The notes under the pieces are model-generated. The model saw only the letters and a list, made by a program, of their open reading frames with translations. It did not search any database and was not told the origin of the DNA. Source: Azolla caroliniana (Eukaryota > Plantae > Polypodiophyta). Taken from it: a stretch of DNA of 64,000 nt. This document shows positions 23,246-34,200 of this stretch, in pieces. Positions within the stretch are counted from its first letter, which is position 1. Every line of letters starts with the position of its first letter. The stretch is taken from positions 10,788,001-10,852,000 of the forward strand of contig JBHGNT010000015.1 in the NCBI GenBank assembly GCA_043228905.1. The letters are read 5' to 3'. The translations under genes and the position numbers were made by a program.

Positions 23246-23350
23246 CCATCTCCATCTGTGTGTTTTCTGTGTTTTACCAAACTGTCATTCTCCAAACTGT
23301 GTAGTTTGTGTTTCGCATACGCTTCCACACATGTATTCTTTTACAAGATA

Positions 23351-23790
23351 TATAATTGATTTTGATGATCTAAATGGAAATGTAACAAATGTATTAGTTA
23401 ATGATTCTAGCAAAACTCTCCTCAACATGAGCAAGTCTGAAGATGATCTTGTCTTAAAAAGATCTAGTAGTCTAATGATGATACTAAATAGTGATGTTGA
23501 CAATCTTAATATCAGTATGTTATCTAGGTTCATTGGTATTAGTAGAAAAGGAGTGTACAATACAATGAATCACCTAAGTTTAGGAGGTGAAGGAAGTAGT
23601 CTGCTAAAGCTAACCACAAGACGTAAGCAATGACACCCATAATATCAGAAATCAAGGACATAATCACCATATTCTGAATTAAAGAGAGTAGCCCACCGCC
23701 CAATAGAAGGATTTGTGTAGGAAACATTTCGAAAAGAGAGAATATGAGGAGTATCCCATTCAACTTCTTGATGTACCTCGGGTATTTACA
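23351..23790 (+). pseudogene. Decayed ORF, 3' part; putative Sola2-like transposase fragment
   Basis: Across stops and frameshifts it reads TRRKQ..ISEIKDIITIF*IKESSPPPNRR/DLCRKHFEKREYEEYPIQLLDVP. This resembles, from memory, the RK..FW...SR.SP.KKD..K...L motif of Sola2 transposase N-termini. It lies upstream of a TIR matching the MITE. Confidence 0.4.
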
Positions 23791-24029
23791 TTTATCTAAG
23801 TCTTGTATCAGTAACAATGACCTAAGATCACTTAGTATTAGTATTTCTAGCTATTAGTTATTAGCCACAACTATTTAATTCTCTAATCCTTTATTTATTT
23901 TTAAGCTTGTAGCCACATCTAGTTAGCATCTAATAGCTAATAAGCATTATACTAGATCGATCACCTATTACCCAAAAAGTAGCCATAATTAATTAAAATA
24001 CTAAAAAGTAATAGGTTATTTACATTACA

Positions 24030-24400
24030 ATAGCTAATAGCCACAACTAACTATCTATGAAGGAAAATACATTATTCCATGGCTAATTGGCCACTTAAGG
24101 TAGTAGTCATAGCTATTTAACTACAAAAAACTAATAAACTACTTATTTTACCATAACTACTAACCACAACTCACTAACTAAGAACGAAAATACAGTATTG
24201 ACAACTAATTAGCTACATGACCTAGTAGCCATAGTTGATTAGCTACAAAAAACATATAATCTACTTACATGACCATAGCTACAAGCCACAACTCACTAGC
24301 TAAGAAAGAAAATATATTATTGATAGTTAATTAGTTACATGAACCACAATAGCCATAGCTAATTAACTACAAAAAACTACAATGAGTTACACTATATTAG
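24030..24400. repeat. Diverged ~120-bp tandem repeat (about 3 copies), TAGCTA-rich; probable subterminal repeats of the TIR element
   Basis: The unit (A/G)CCACAACT(A/C)ACTA..AAGAA.GAAAATA..TATT...TAGCCATAGCTA.TTAACTACAAAAAAC recurs at about 24040, 24163 and 24285. Confidence 0.7.
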
Positions 24401-24556
24401 CTTTTATTCAAAGTTAATTAGCCACAACAATTAATAGTTATAGTGAATAGCTACTATAACTATAGCTAGTAACACTACATCAACTTTTATTCTAACTTAC
24501 CTCTTAGATTGAGATTTTCGCAATATTCTCGTCTACGGCTCCAACAACTTTGCCCT

Positions 24557-24709
24557 AAACTATGACCATATAAAAACAGTTGGTGGTGAGTTTTATAAGA
24601 AAACAAATAATTGATCATATATATATATATATATATAATATTCTAATTGATAAAACTATGACCATATAAAAACAGTTGGTGGTGAGTTTTATAAGAAAAC
24701 AAATAATTG

Positions 24710-24752
<43 letters not shown>

Positions 24753-24762
24753 CTAATTGATA
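24557..24762. repeat. Direct tandem duplication (~96-bp unit) containing an (AT)n tract of different length in each copy
   Basis: AAACTATGACCATATAAAAACAGTTGGTGGTGAG...(AT)n AATATTCTAATTGATA occurs twice. Confidence 0.9.
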
Positions 24763-24989
24763 ATTATCTAGATGAAGAGGGAACAAATTGATAACTAGTA
24801 GTAGTATGGCAATCTGTTGATTTTTGTGTTTTCCTATTGTTATGAGGGCTCCATCTACATTGGCAATCATAGTGCTCCATTTGTTTGAATGTTGATGCAA
24901 AACTTAGGATGATTAAGAGTATGTTGATATTAAAGGCTTGTCCCTGTTCGACTATGTGTGTGCCCAAATTCAAAATTTTGTGGGTTCCC

Positions 24990-25126
24990 ATATTTCACTC
25001 CACATAATAAATGATATGTAACTTTAATTTGCCCACTAAATATTAGCTAAAACAATAGCTAATTAACTATGACCTTTTTCGTTACATCTTAGCTATAATA
25101 GTGTTTCCATTCTCATTCTTTCACCC
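24990..25126. mobile_element. Right end/TIR of a larger element of the MITE family
   Basis: TAGCTATAATAGTGTTTCCATTCTCATTCTTTCACCC|ATAT closely matches the MITE right end (~3279-3314); similarity extends ~140 bp inward. Confidence 0.75.
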
Positions 25127-26784
25127 ATATATATGCATAACGGGTAATGTTGTGTATGTGGTGATTCTCAAATATAGGGGTATATGGATGTAATTTTTGT
25201 GAGAAGAGGAAAGGCTTGTGTAAATTCATGTTTATGATAAGCGTAGGGTTGAGTAAAGTTGTTAGGCTTAGGCCCCCAAACCTTCATTCAAGGGTTGGGA
25301 CCCTCAAAAGCTCTACACTCAAGGAAGAGCAATCAAGGATTGGAGGTGACCTAATGCTCGAGTAGTGTTTAGTTTTGTGATAAAAAAGCACATAGAGATA
25401 GACATCTAATAACTAATGTGCTTCCATACAAACATGACCTAGTACATGAAGCATCTTAATGACAATGATCAAATTCCATATGGGATATTTACAGTCAGGA
25501 ACTCAAACAAGTGGTCATATTCGAAGCAATAATAGTTCCTTCCAAACATTCCACCAATGTATATTATAACCTATCGATGACAACCACATTCTTTTGTCTT
25601 TAAATAGTTATGAAAGATAAAAGAATAAAAATAAAGACAGCCAAATTGGACAGAAGGAACTACTGAATGATAGCCAAATCATCCCTCTTATTATTTACTT
25701 CATGTCATTTCAGAATATGTAGGCACAAGTCATATAAACCACAAGAATGAACTGCGAAAAGCTAGCCTAGTCTGTATATACCAGTGAAGAGTCACGATTA
25801 TGCATGTTAAGAACCAAAGCATCACACCGTATAAATCTATTAGTTTTTAGGTCTACAAGGAACTACTAAATTCTTGGGAGTCTTGTAATCAACTCAACAC
25901 ATTACACACATTCGTACACGACATATATACTTGATGAAATATGTAACACATAGTCTAAAACAATTATTCCTAAACATCAATAACAATCATTAGATTTAAA
26001 ATTGGAAGTCTTGGCATCAACTCCACATTTGTCCGCAATATATATGCTTGATGAAATATGTAAAATATAATCTACATGATTATTCTGAAACATCAATAAC
26101 AATAATAAGATTTAAAATAAACCAACAAAGCTTAACTACATTTTTCAATGAATAATCCTACTTGCATGATGAAGCTCCCCTTGAAAGGTTGAATTTGTAT
26201 GGGATTTGTTAGCATATCCCTCACACACATATAATCAAAAGAATAACAACTCCTTACATGCACATAAGAATTATTATTATTTGTTTGTTTCAGAACATGT
26301 TACATTACTGCAGATTAGTGATAATGACAACTTACGTGTCAGATCCTTTTAACACAGCATGTACAAGGGAAAGAAAAGAAAAGAAAAGAAAACATTGTGA
26401 CCAATTTCTTGAAAGAGCAAAAGAACGCATTGATAGAATAAAGGGCATCTGAAATAGAAGGTCAAAATCCAAAAGCTCTCAAATAATTCAAACCGGGAGA
26501 GAGACAGTTGGGAATTGTCAGTGCCTTCCTCTCTGTTTCTTCAAATGGCATTCATTCCTTTGGATGCAATAAAAGACTGCAAATTTCCAGACTTCCATAT
26601 TCACTATCCATCCTACGGAAAAGCCGATGATAAATAAAAAAATTGCAATTTTTTCAAGCCCAGTACCATTAAATTGATCATTTGCTCCATATAAGTGGCT
26701 TAGTGTCGAAAGACAAAGCCATGGAAGTTTGAATGCACGAAAACAAAACCTGATGATATAAAACAACACACACACACACACCTT

Positions 26785-28521
26785 CTAGAAGTGAACGATA
26801 AACTTGGCTTGGCGTAAGAAGTTTCCGGCAGCTAATGCTAATCTATTCTTTGTCAAGGCAGCGCGATTGCGGAAAAACATGTTCCGAGGAGCTTCCCCTG
26901 CCCTTGGGCTCTCAAAGTTCTCTTCTTCTTCTTCTTCCTCTGGTATTGGTGCCACCGGGGTGTCTAAAGTAACAACCAAATCTGGTCTATTCACACGTAG
27001 TTGTATTGCAGAATTCATTGTAATATCCTTGCACTTCTTCACCTTTACTTTCGTAAGACTCGGGCACCCCCTCACTAAGACCTCCATTCCCACATCAGTG
27101 ATAGGACAATTCTTGATGCATAACTTCTTCAAAGACATAAACTTCTCGGCGATGCAAGAGAGCTCAGTGTCCCCAATCCCTTCACTGCTGCAGAGTGCCA
27201 TCCTCTCAAGCCCAGCACAATTCGAGGCTATCAATCTCAAGCTCTCTGATGTTACATTCACCCCGATGAGCACAAGCTCTTGCATCTTGGTGCAATTTTT
27301 GCCTATTGTAAGCAACCCTTTGTCACCGATGGGCTTGTTTCGGCGATCATCGATGTACAGCTTCTTGATTCTTGGGCACCCATTGGCGATGGCCGAGTAC
27401 CCGGCATCAGTGCAATCCGTGAGCTTTGCTACATGAAGTATCTCTAACTTGGAGCAATTTGCAATGGCTTTTAACGCCACATCCCCCATGCTAAGGTTAT
27501 CAAGCCAAAGCTCAACTAACTCCGTCAAGTGCTCATTAACAAGATTAAAGAATTGGTCCCACATGCCAGGATTCCTGGCCAGTATGAGTGTGTGGATGCT
27601 CTTTGATCCTGCCAACAATGTTCCAAAGAGATGTGCATTCATAATCTCTTTCAAACATAGCCTCTTGAGCTTACTTTGCCCAGGCAAGATGGCCTCTGGA
27701 TTGTCACGCAGACGCCGGAGGCGTTTAATTGATAGATCTTCCAGGCTGGAGCAATTTTCCAAGAACAAATTCAACCCTTTGGAGGTGAACCCACAAGATC
27801 CACATGAGAATTTCTTTAGGGATCGACCCCGAACCTTGGCAAACTCACCTAGTCCTTCATCAGAGATGACCTTACAACTCTTGAGCTTTAACTTTGTGAG
27901 GTGCTTACAACCCTTTCCAATGAGGACAAGGGTAGTGTCATCTATGCTCGTGTCTTTCCGACTACACTTGAGCGAGAGGCAAGTGATGAACTCATACCTA
28001 GAGAAGATGGTGTCCGCGTGCTGTTCAAGCGATGACTCAGCCTTGAGGGAGAGACGATCACGAGATTTGGCTTCGGAGAAATGCCATCTCTTGCACACCA
28101 GAGAGCAAGAGCTCCTGTCTAAAGGAGAGAGCTTCTGAAAGATCCAAGCCATACATTCGAGGGGCAGTTCGAGGGTCAGATCTTGGTCCATATCAGCATA
28201 TCTGCTACTCTCTTCTCCTCCTCTTCCTTTCCCTTTTCCTTTTCCTTTTCTTTCTCTTCCTCCATCTCCATCTCCATCTCCATCCATATCTCTTTCTCCT
28301 TCTCCTTCTTCTTCTTCTTCTTCTCCTTCTCCTTCTCCTTCTCCTTCTTCTCCTTCTTCTGCTTCTTCTTCGAGAAGCAAACTACGGAGCTTTCCATCGC
28401 GAGGAGGGAGAGTCGGAGGAGAAACAACAGAGGAAGAAGACAAGGATGAAGTCGTCTGACCCATCCTTAGCATACTACCCATCAGATCTACAAACGCTGA
28501 TTTGAAAAGGGGTGACTTCAT
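26785..28521 (-). CDS. SKIP2: F-box/LRR protein of the VFB/SKIP2 (VIER F-box) family, intronless, with a low-complexity acidic N-terminal extension
   Basis: 578-aa ORF with an F-box (LPLECMAWIFQKLSPLDRSSCSLVCKRW) and VFB-typical segments (RLSLKA, LSLKCSRK..SIDD, LKKFSCGSCGF, LKRLCLKE, LERMALC, LKKLCIKNCPITDVG). Family recognised; exact orthology not established. Confidence 0.9.
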   Translation of the reverse strand: MKSPLFKSAFVDLMGSMLRMGQTTSSLSSSSVVSPPTLPPRDGKLRSLLLEEEAEEGEEGEGEGEGEEEEEEGEGERDMDGDGDGDGGRERKGKGKGKGRGGEESSRYADMDQDLTLELPLECMAWIFQKLSPLDRSSCSLVCKRWHFSEAKSRDRLSLKAESSLEQHADTIFSRYEFITCLSLKCSRKDTSIDDTTLVLIGKGCKHLTKLKLKSCKVISDEGLGEFAKVRGRSLKKFSCGSCGFTSKGLNLFLENCSSLEDLSIKRLRRLRDNPEAILPGQSKLKRLCLKEIMNAHLFGTLLAGSKSIHTLILARNPGMWDQFFNLVNEHLTELVELWLDNLSMGDVALKAIANCSKLEILHVAKLTDCTDAGYSAIANGCPRIKKLYIDDRRNKPIGDKGLLTIGKNCTKMQELVLIGVNVTSESLRLIASNCAGLERMALCSSEGIGDTELSCIAEKFMSLKKLCIKNCPITDVGMEVLVRGCPSLTKVKVKKCKDITMNSAIQLRVNRPDLVVTLDTPVAPIPEEEEEEENFESPRAGEAPRNMFFRNRAALTKNRLALAAGNFLRQAKFIVHF

Positions 28522-31244
28522 AAATACGAATTAGGGTTAGGGTCTGAGTTGTCGAGGCAGATCTGAGGAAAAGGGAGGAAAGAAAAAGAGAGAGAGAAAA
28601 AAAAACACAGAGAGAAGAGGGTTGGGGAAGCAGAAGTCGATGGATGGATGGATGTGAGAAAGGGGACGGGGGCAACAGGGGAGGAGAGAGAAAGATTGGG
28701 TAGAGAGAGAATGGGTCAAACTTATCATCCTATTATGTATGTATGCATTATTATTATTATTAACCTTTCCTTTTACTTATTCTCAGGCTTCTTCTTCTTC
28801 TTCTTTTCTAGCACATACATACTGTATATGTAATTGTTTTTTGTTCTGCTTTTCTTGGTTTTGTCAAACAAGTGGTCCACTCACTACCCCACATCCATGA
28901 GCTGCCTAAACCTAAGACACACACACACACACCACACACCCCAATTGTGTCATGTTGCATCTCCGAAACGTCTTCAAGGAGAGCGAGACAGAAGATGAAG
29001 AAGATGATGATGATGATTAAGCCCCTCCATTCTATTAATTCCCTTTCTCTCCTCTCCATTCTATATGTCGTCAACATCCTCATGGAGATCATCGCCACTT
29101 GGAAACATGGGTCCCTTTCGTCTTTGTTTCGTGAACTTGACTTCGCTCCTCGACTAGTTGACTCCTTCTATGATCACCTAAGGATCGCGCCCCATGGAGC
29201 AAGAATGGTTCAATATGGCATCTGATAGGAAAATCAAGAAATTTCACTTCGAAATCATGGACTTTTTGCACCTTATTCTTTACGATGTTTCATTATTAGT
29301 ATTGGAAATGAACGGAGACGCAGTAGACAAGTTTTGGGAGGTTGTGAGTTTTAGCGCACGTCCACATACACACACTTAAGATATTCGTGGAGCATGCAAC
29401 TTTTCCTTTCAAAAGTTGTTCTCTTTTCTGTAGACATGAATACACATATTCATGATTAACGTGCACAATTGAGTCATAATGCACAAAAAAGTAGGTTGGA
29501 TTGGTCAATATTAGATTGGTAGTGCTACATGATGTTGAATGCCACGTCATAAACATGGGTTTTAATGTTTTCACCTTCCCAAACTTCTTTTCACGTCACA
29601 TGTCTTATGAAGCAAATACTAATTGTATTGGGCTTACCTTAGTGGTTAGCTATTAGTTTATTGACAAAATGTTATAAGTGCAAATCATGTGGCCACACCA
29701 TATATCAATTCGATTTAATAGCACTACATGCAACATTGATGCATCAAAATAATATGGTTTTAGTATTTTTCCTATTTCTCCCTCTTTCAAAATAATACGT
29801 CATTGGTGTGAGTACTCTCTCTCTCTCTCTCTCTCGTAAAATCAAATTATTACCTCGTTCCTAAAAAAAAAATCTCTCTCCCTCTCAAGGGATAAGGAGT
29901 TGGAGACTTTGACCCCACTTCCGAAGAGTTTAGAAATGTCCAAAGTGTTACTACATGGTCGATAATAAATACAAGTCCCATGGCCTACAAAATGTTGACT
30001 CAACTATCTTAACCATGGCTTAATTGGTTCGAATACTTTCCCCGATTCTATGTCCTTCTAGGGTAGTACAATTTCTAACCCCACAGTGTTTGAAAATGTC
30101 CAAAAGCATTACTTTATGGGCGATAGAAACTTTTAAGTCACATGGAGGGATGTTGAAAATGTCCAACATCATTTTTGGTTGCATTTTACTTGCTTCACTA
30201 TATTTCAAAGGATTCCTTGGTGAATGAGGATTTTTCGCAACAACTTGGGAGAAATGTTTAGCACACAATATACGCTGCAACTAAACCTAGCCTCATCTAT
30301 TGAATGGGAGTGCATGTGAGAATAATGGAAAGAATAATAATTATCATCATTATCTTATTCTTAATGATGATTATCAACATCTACCGTTGTCTACTTCTAA
30401 ATTTTCGTTTATAAAGTAGTCTACTTCAAAGAGTGTGAGTTTAAAAGAGGGAAAAGGAGGTTATCCAATTTACAATGTAAAATCTTGAAAAACATATATT
30501 ATTATATATAGAAAAAGGAAAACAATAATCATAAACAAAATGGAGAAAAAGATATAATCTCCTCTTCCCTTGAGTTCCCATATGCTCAAATCCAACTATT
30601 TATCGGCACGCTTTCTTTATTCCCATGTTATTAAAGAATTTTTTAAGGAAGCACTACATAATTAAGGAATTTCGTAAGATTGTGGAGCGTTATGTGATTA
30701 ACGAAGTTGGTTCTTCAAAACATAAGACACAAACAAGTGTATGGGAAATGTTAATTGGAGCAAAATTGCAAAGGATGGATCACAAAGCACCCTTGAAATA
30801 GTTGATGTTAAAAAAGGGGTGTTGGCATGGCGGTTTAGGGTTGGGCAGCACATATGGTGGATTTACAACCCCATGGGATTATCCTCGAGTATCGATGGGG
30901 GTGGAACAGGGCATTCCTTCGTGTTATCATTGTGAACTGTGGGAAGGAGGAGGATGTCTGCTTGTTGTTTGAAAAGAAAACAATGTGGAAGCTTGTAAAA
31001 AGCAAACACAGCTGGCTGGGCCGGACAACAGCAGACAATTAGGAACACACAAAGAATGAAGATGGAGTACACCATGAGAAAGAAAGAAAGAAATATTAGC
31101 ATTTTCTAAGGCCAAAATTGGCCCATGAGACAATTGGTGTACAACAAAATAGGGTATTTAGTATTTACCCAATCATCAAAAATAAAAATAAAAATAGAAC
31201 TTAAGTTAAAAGAGTTCTAGTATTGTACAAAACTTGTTATGATG

Positions 31245-34200
31245 TGTAAAGAATGGTGTGCGGAAGCAATATAGAAAAACCGAACAACAGAAAACGTAGG
31301 TTTAATGGAAAGCTTAGGTTTGCATAGTACGCACGGGAGAGACAGAGAGAGAACGTCAATCCGCTTCTTTTCTTTTCTTGTTGGGGAGGGTAAACACAAG
31401 AACTTAATTCAAAAAATAATACTCGATCTGTACATACACCGTGCTCAGTGAGCACCTTTTATACAAGCCCTGACAATCGGGCTGACACAAGTACTGACAG
31501 TACTTGACTGCTCGTAAATGAGCCTAGACACTTACTCCCAAAACTATCCCTTACGAGGAATATCTCTCTAACGACCTTTCGGTTTACGCACCGATACGGC
31601 CTCTCGTTACGCACCGATTTGCGTATCTATTTTACGCACCGGTCCGGTCCTCGGCTTGCTCAGCCGATCCGGCCAATGTTGAGCTTGTCTCTTAACACTC
31701 CCCCTCAAGCTCAACTTGAGGCTCTTCGGGATCTCCCGGATCACCGCTCCGGTTCCTCCTGGCTCCACGCCTCGCTCGCGCTCCTCGACCTGTTCGACTC
31801 CGTGCGCTTCGACCCTTCCGGTCGGCTTGTCTACTCCCACGGCCCTTCACAGCTCCCTTGCTGTCGCAGTGTTGGCGCTTCTCCTACTACCTTCTTTTTC
31901 ACTTGGCCCTCGGTTGATTCAATGTATCCGAATCAAACATCCGAACCGACTCGGCTACCTCCGATCGGTTTTCGCTCTCGTCCGAGTTGGCTATCTCCAA
32001 CTCGTCTTCGGTCTTCTTGCCCTTGACGGCGTCATCTCCCCCATGCTTGGTTGGCTTTGGCTCTTTCTTTCGGCTGCTCCCCTTATGTCCACTTTGGGAC
32101 TCTTCCATGGATCCACCCTCGGCTTCTTCAGCCGATCCGAAGTCGAATTCGTCATCCGACTCGGTGTCACGGTCTTCTCTCCCCCTTCCGTGGTCATTCG
32201 GGACATCTCTCCCCCTCAAGTTCGGCACGTCGAGGTGACGCAAACCAAGCGCACCCGAGAATTGCCGTAACTTGTCCAGACCAAGGGGCTTGGTGAAGAT
32301 GTCGGCAGTTTTCCGATCCTTCGGAACATACTGAAGTTCGACTTCACTAGAAAGGACACGCTCACAGACAAAATGGTAGTGCACCTCAATGTGCTTGGTC
32401 CGTGCGTGGAAAACGGGGTTCTTCGCAAGCTGGATGTTGCTGAGGTTGTCACAGTAGATCGTCGTCGGATCGGACACCTCCTCTTGCAGGTTCTTAAATA
32501 GCCGCTTCAACCATATGGCTTCGCATGTCGCGACAACCGCTCCTCGGTACTCAGTTTCGGTGCTCGACAGTGCAACTGTCGGCTGCTTCTTACTGCTCCA
32601 CGCGATCGCGGCACTACCAAGAGAGAACGTGTATCCGGACATGGATCGGCGATCGGCGGCGTTGCCAGCCCAATCAACATTGGTGTAGCCGACCAACTAC
32701 GAGGCTGTACCAGTCTCATATAGCAGTCCCCGGTCTTTAGTGTTGCTTATGTACCGCAATACTCCTTGCGCACACTGAAGGTGCTCCTCGGTAGGTCGCA
32801 CCATGAACTGACTGATCACCCCGACCGAATAACTAAAATCGGGTCGGGTGATTGTCAAGTAGATAAGGCTTCCAACAATTTGTTGGAACCTCGTCGGGTC
32901 GCATACCTTTCCGGAATTGGGGTGAAGCTTGACGGTTCTATCCAGAGGAGTTGAGACGGACTTACAGTCTGCCATCGTGAATTTGAAGAGCATATTCAGC
33001 ACGTAATGACGTTGGCTGATCAGTATGCCTTCGGGGGTGCGGATCACTTCGATCCCGAGGAAGTAATGAAGGTCCCCCAAATCCTTCATGTCGAATGATG
33101 CTGCAAGCTTGAGCTTCACGCGGTCGATTTCACCTAGGTCGGCACCGGTGATGACCAAGTCATCAACATATAGTAAGATACTGACTGGACCGAGTCGACC
33201 TTTCTGGATGAACAGGGAAGAGTCTGATTTTGACGTTGCAAAGCCCATCCGACGCAATTGCTGCGTGATCTTCGCGTTCCAGGCACGCGGGGCTTGCTTC
33301 ATTCCATAAAGGGACTTCTTCAATCGGCACACTGCCGATGTGTTCGTTCCGGAGTGAAATCTAGGGGGTTGTACCATGTACACCTGTTCCTCAAGCTCAC
33401 CTTGCAGGAACGCATTCTTTACATCCATCTAATGTAAGTGCCACCCCTTTGCCGCAGCTACCGCAAGCAAAACACGGACGGTCGTCATCTTCGCAACCGG
33501 TGCAAACATCTCATCGTAGTCAATGTCGTGTTTCTGCGCGTAGCCTTTTGCCACTAACCAGGCCTTGTATCGGTTGACTAAGCCGTCAGTGTTGTACTTG
33601 ACCTTGTACACCCACCTACATCCGATCGGCTTCACACCCTTTGGTGCATCAACCAGGTCCCAGATCTCGTTTTCCGCCAATGCGTGCATCTCTTCCTCCA
33701 TCGCGACGCGCCAATTCGCGTCCTTAGCCGCTTCTGCGTAGCTCTCCGGCTCACGCACTTCCGCAACACGGGTCATGTACGCATAATGATGCGCCATGTA
33801 CTCGTTGTATCCGAACCGCACAACTGGGTTCTTCTGGCGGGTAGATTAGCGTAATTGGTCATTAGCCGATGTCGAGGTCTTCTCGGCCGACGCAAACTTC
33901 GCTCTTGAAGACCCATCACCGCTTCCTTCGCAGTCGGACTCGCGTCATTCTGACTCGTTCCTATCCGTGCCGGAATACGACACCTTCTTCTTCCCTTTCT
34001 CTTTGCGCGTAAGCCGTCTCCTCGGCTTCCTGCGCGGGGAATGCACGGCCGAGTCTCCACTACTCGCCAGCTCTTCGTCGGACTGGTCGAACCGACTCAG
34101 TCGTCCATTCGGTCCACTTAACCGAAATGAAATCGGACTCTCTTCGCGGGTCCCAATTTCAGGCTCATCCGGAGGCATCTCGGCCTCGCTGTCCTCATCG

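Larger units (their letters stand above)
14748..23345 (+). mobile_element. Ty1/copia complex C: deleted, three LTRs, hosts copia D
   Basis: TSD AGATA (14743-14747, 23346-23350). Truncated LTR 14748-~15042 is fused to RT, and RT/RNase H runs 15045-15830 + 21061-22047. Further LTRs at 22198-22618 and 22858-23345, each preceded by the PPT TTGAGGGGGAG. Confidence 0.88.

Noticed and set aside
25920-26120. Short diverged direct duplication downstream of the F-box gene
   Set aside because: Ordinary AT-rich local duplication with no termini, TSD or coding signal.
26804-28138. Antisense ORFs of 210 and 229 aa opposite the F-box gene
   Set aside because: Shadow ORFs of the coding strand with no recognisable domains.
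28990-30300. Short ORFs and weak repeated motifs upstream of the F-box gene
   Set aside because: No recognisable domain, termini or TSD; cannot support a call.
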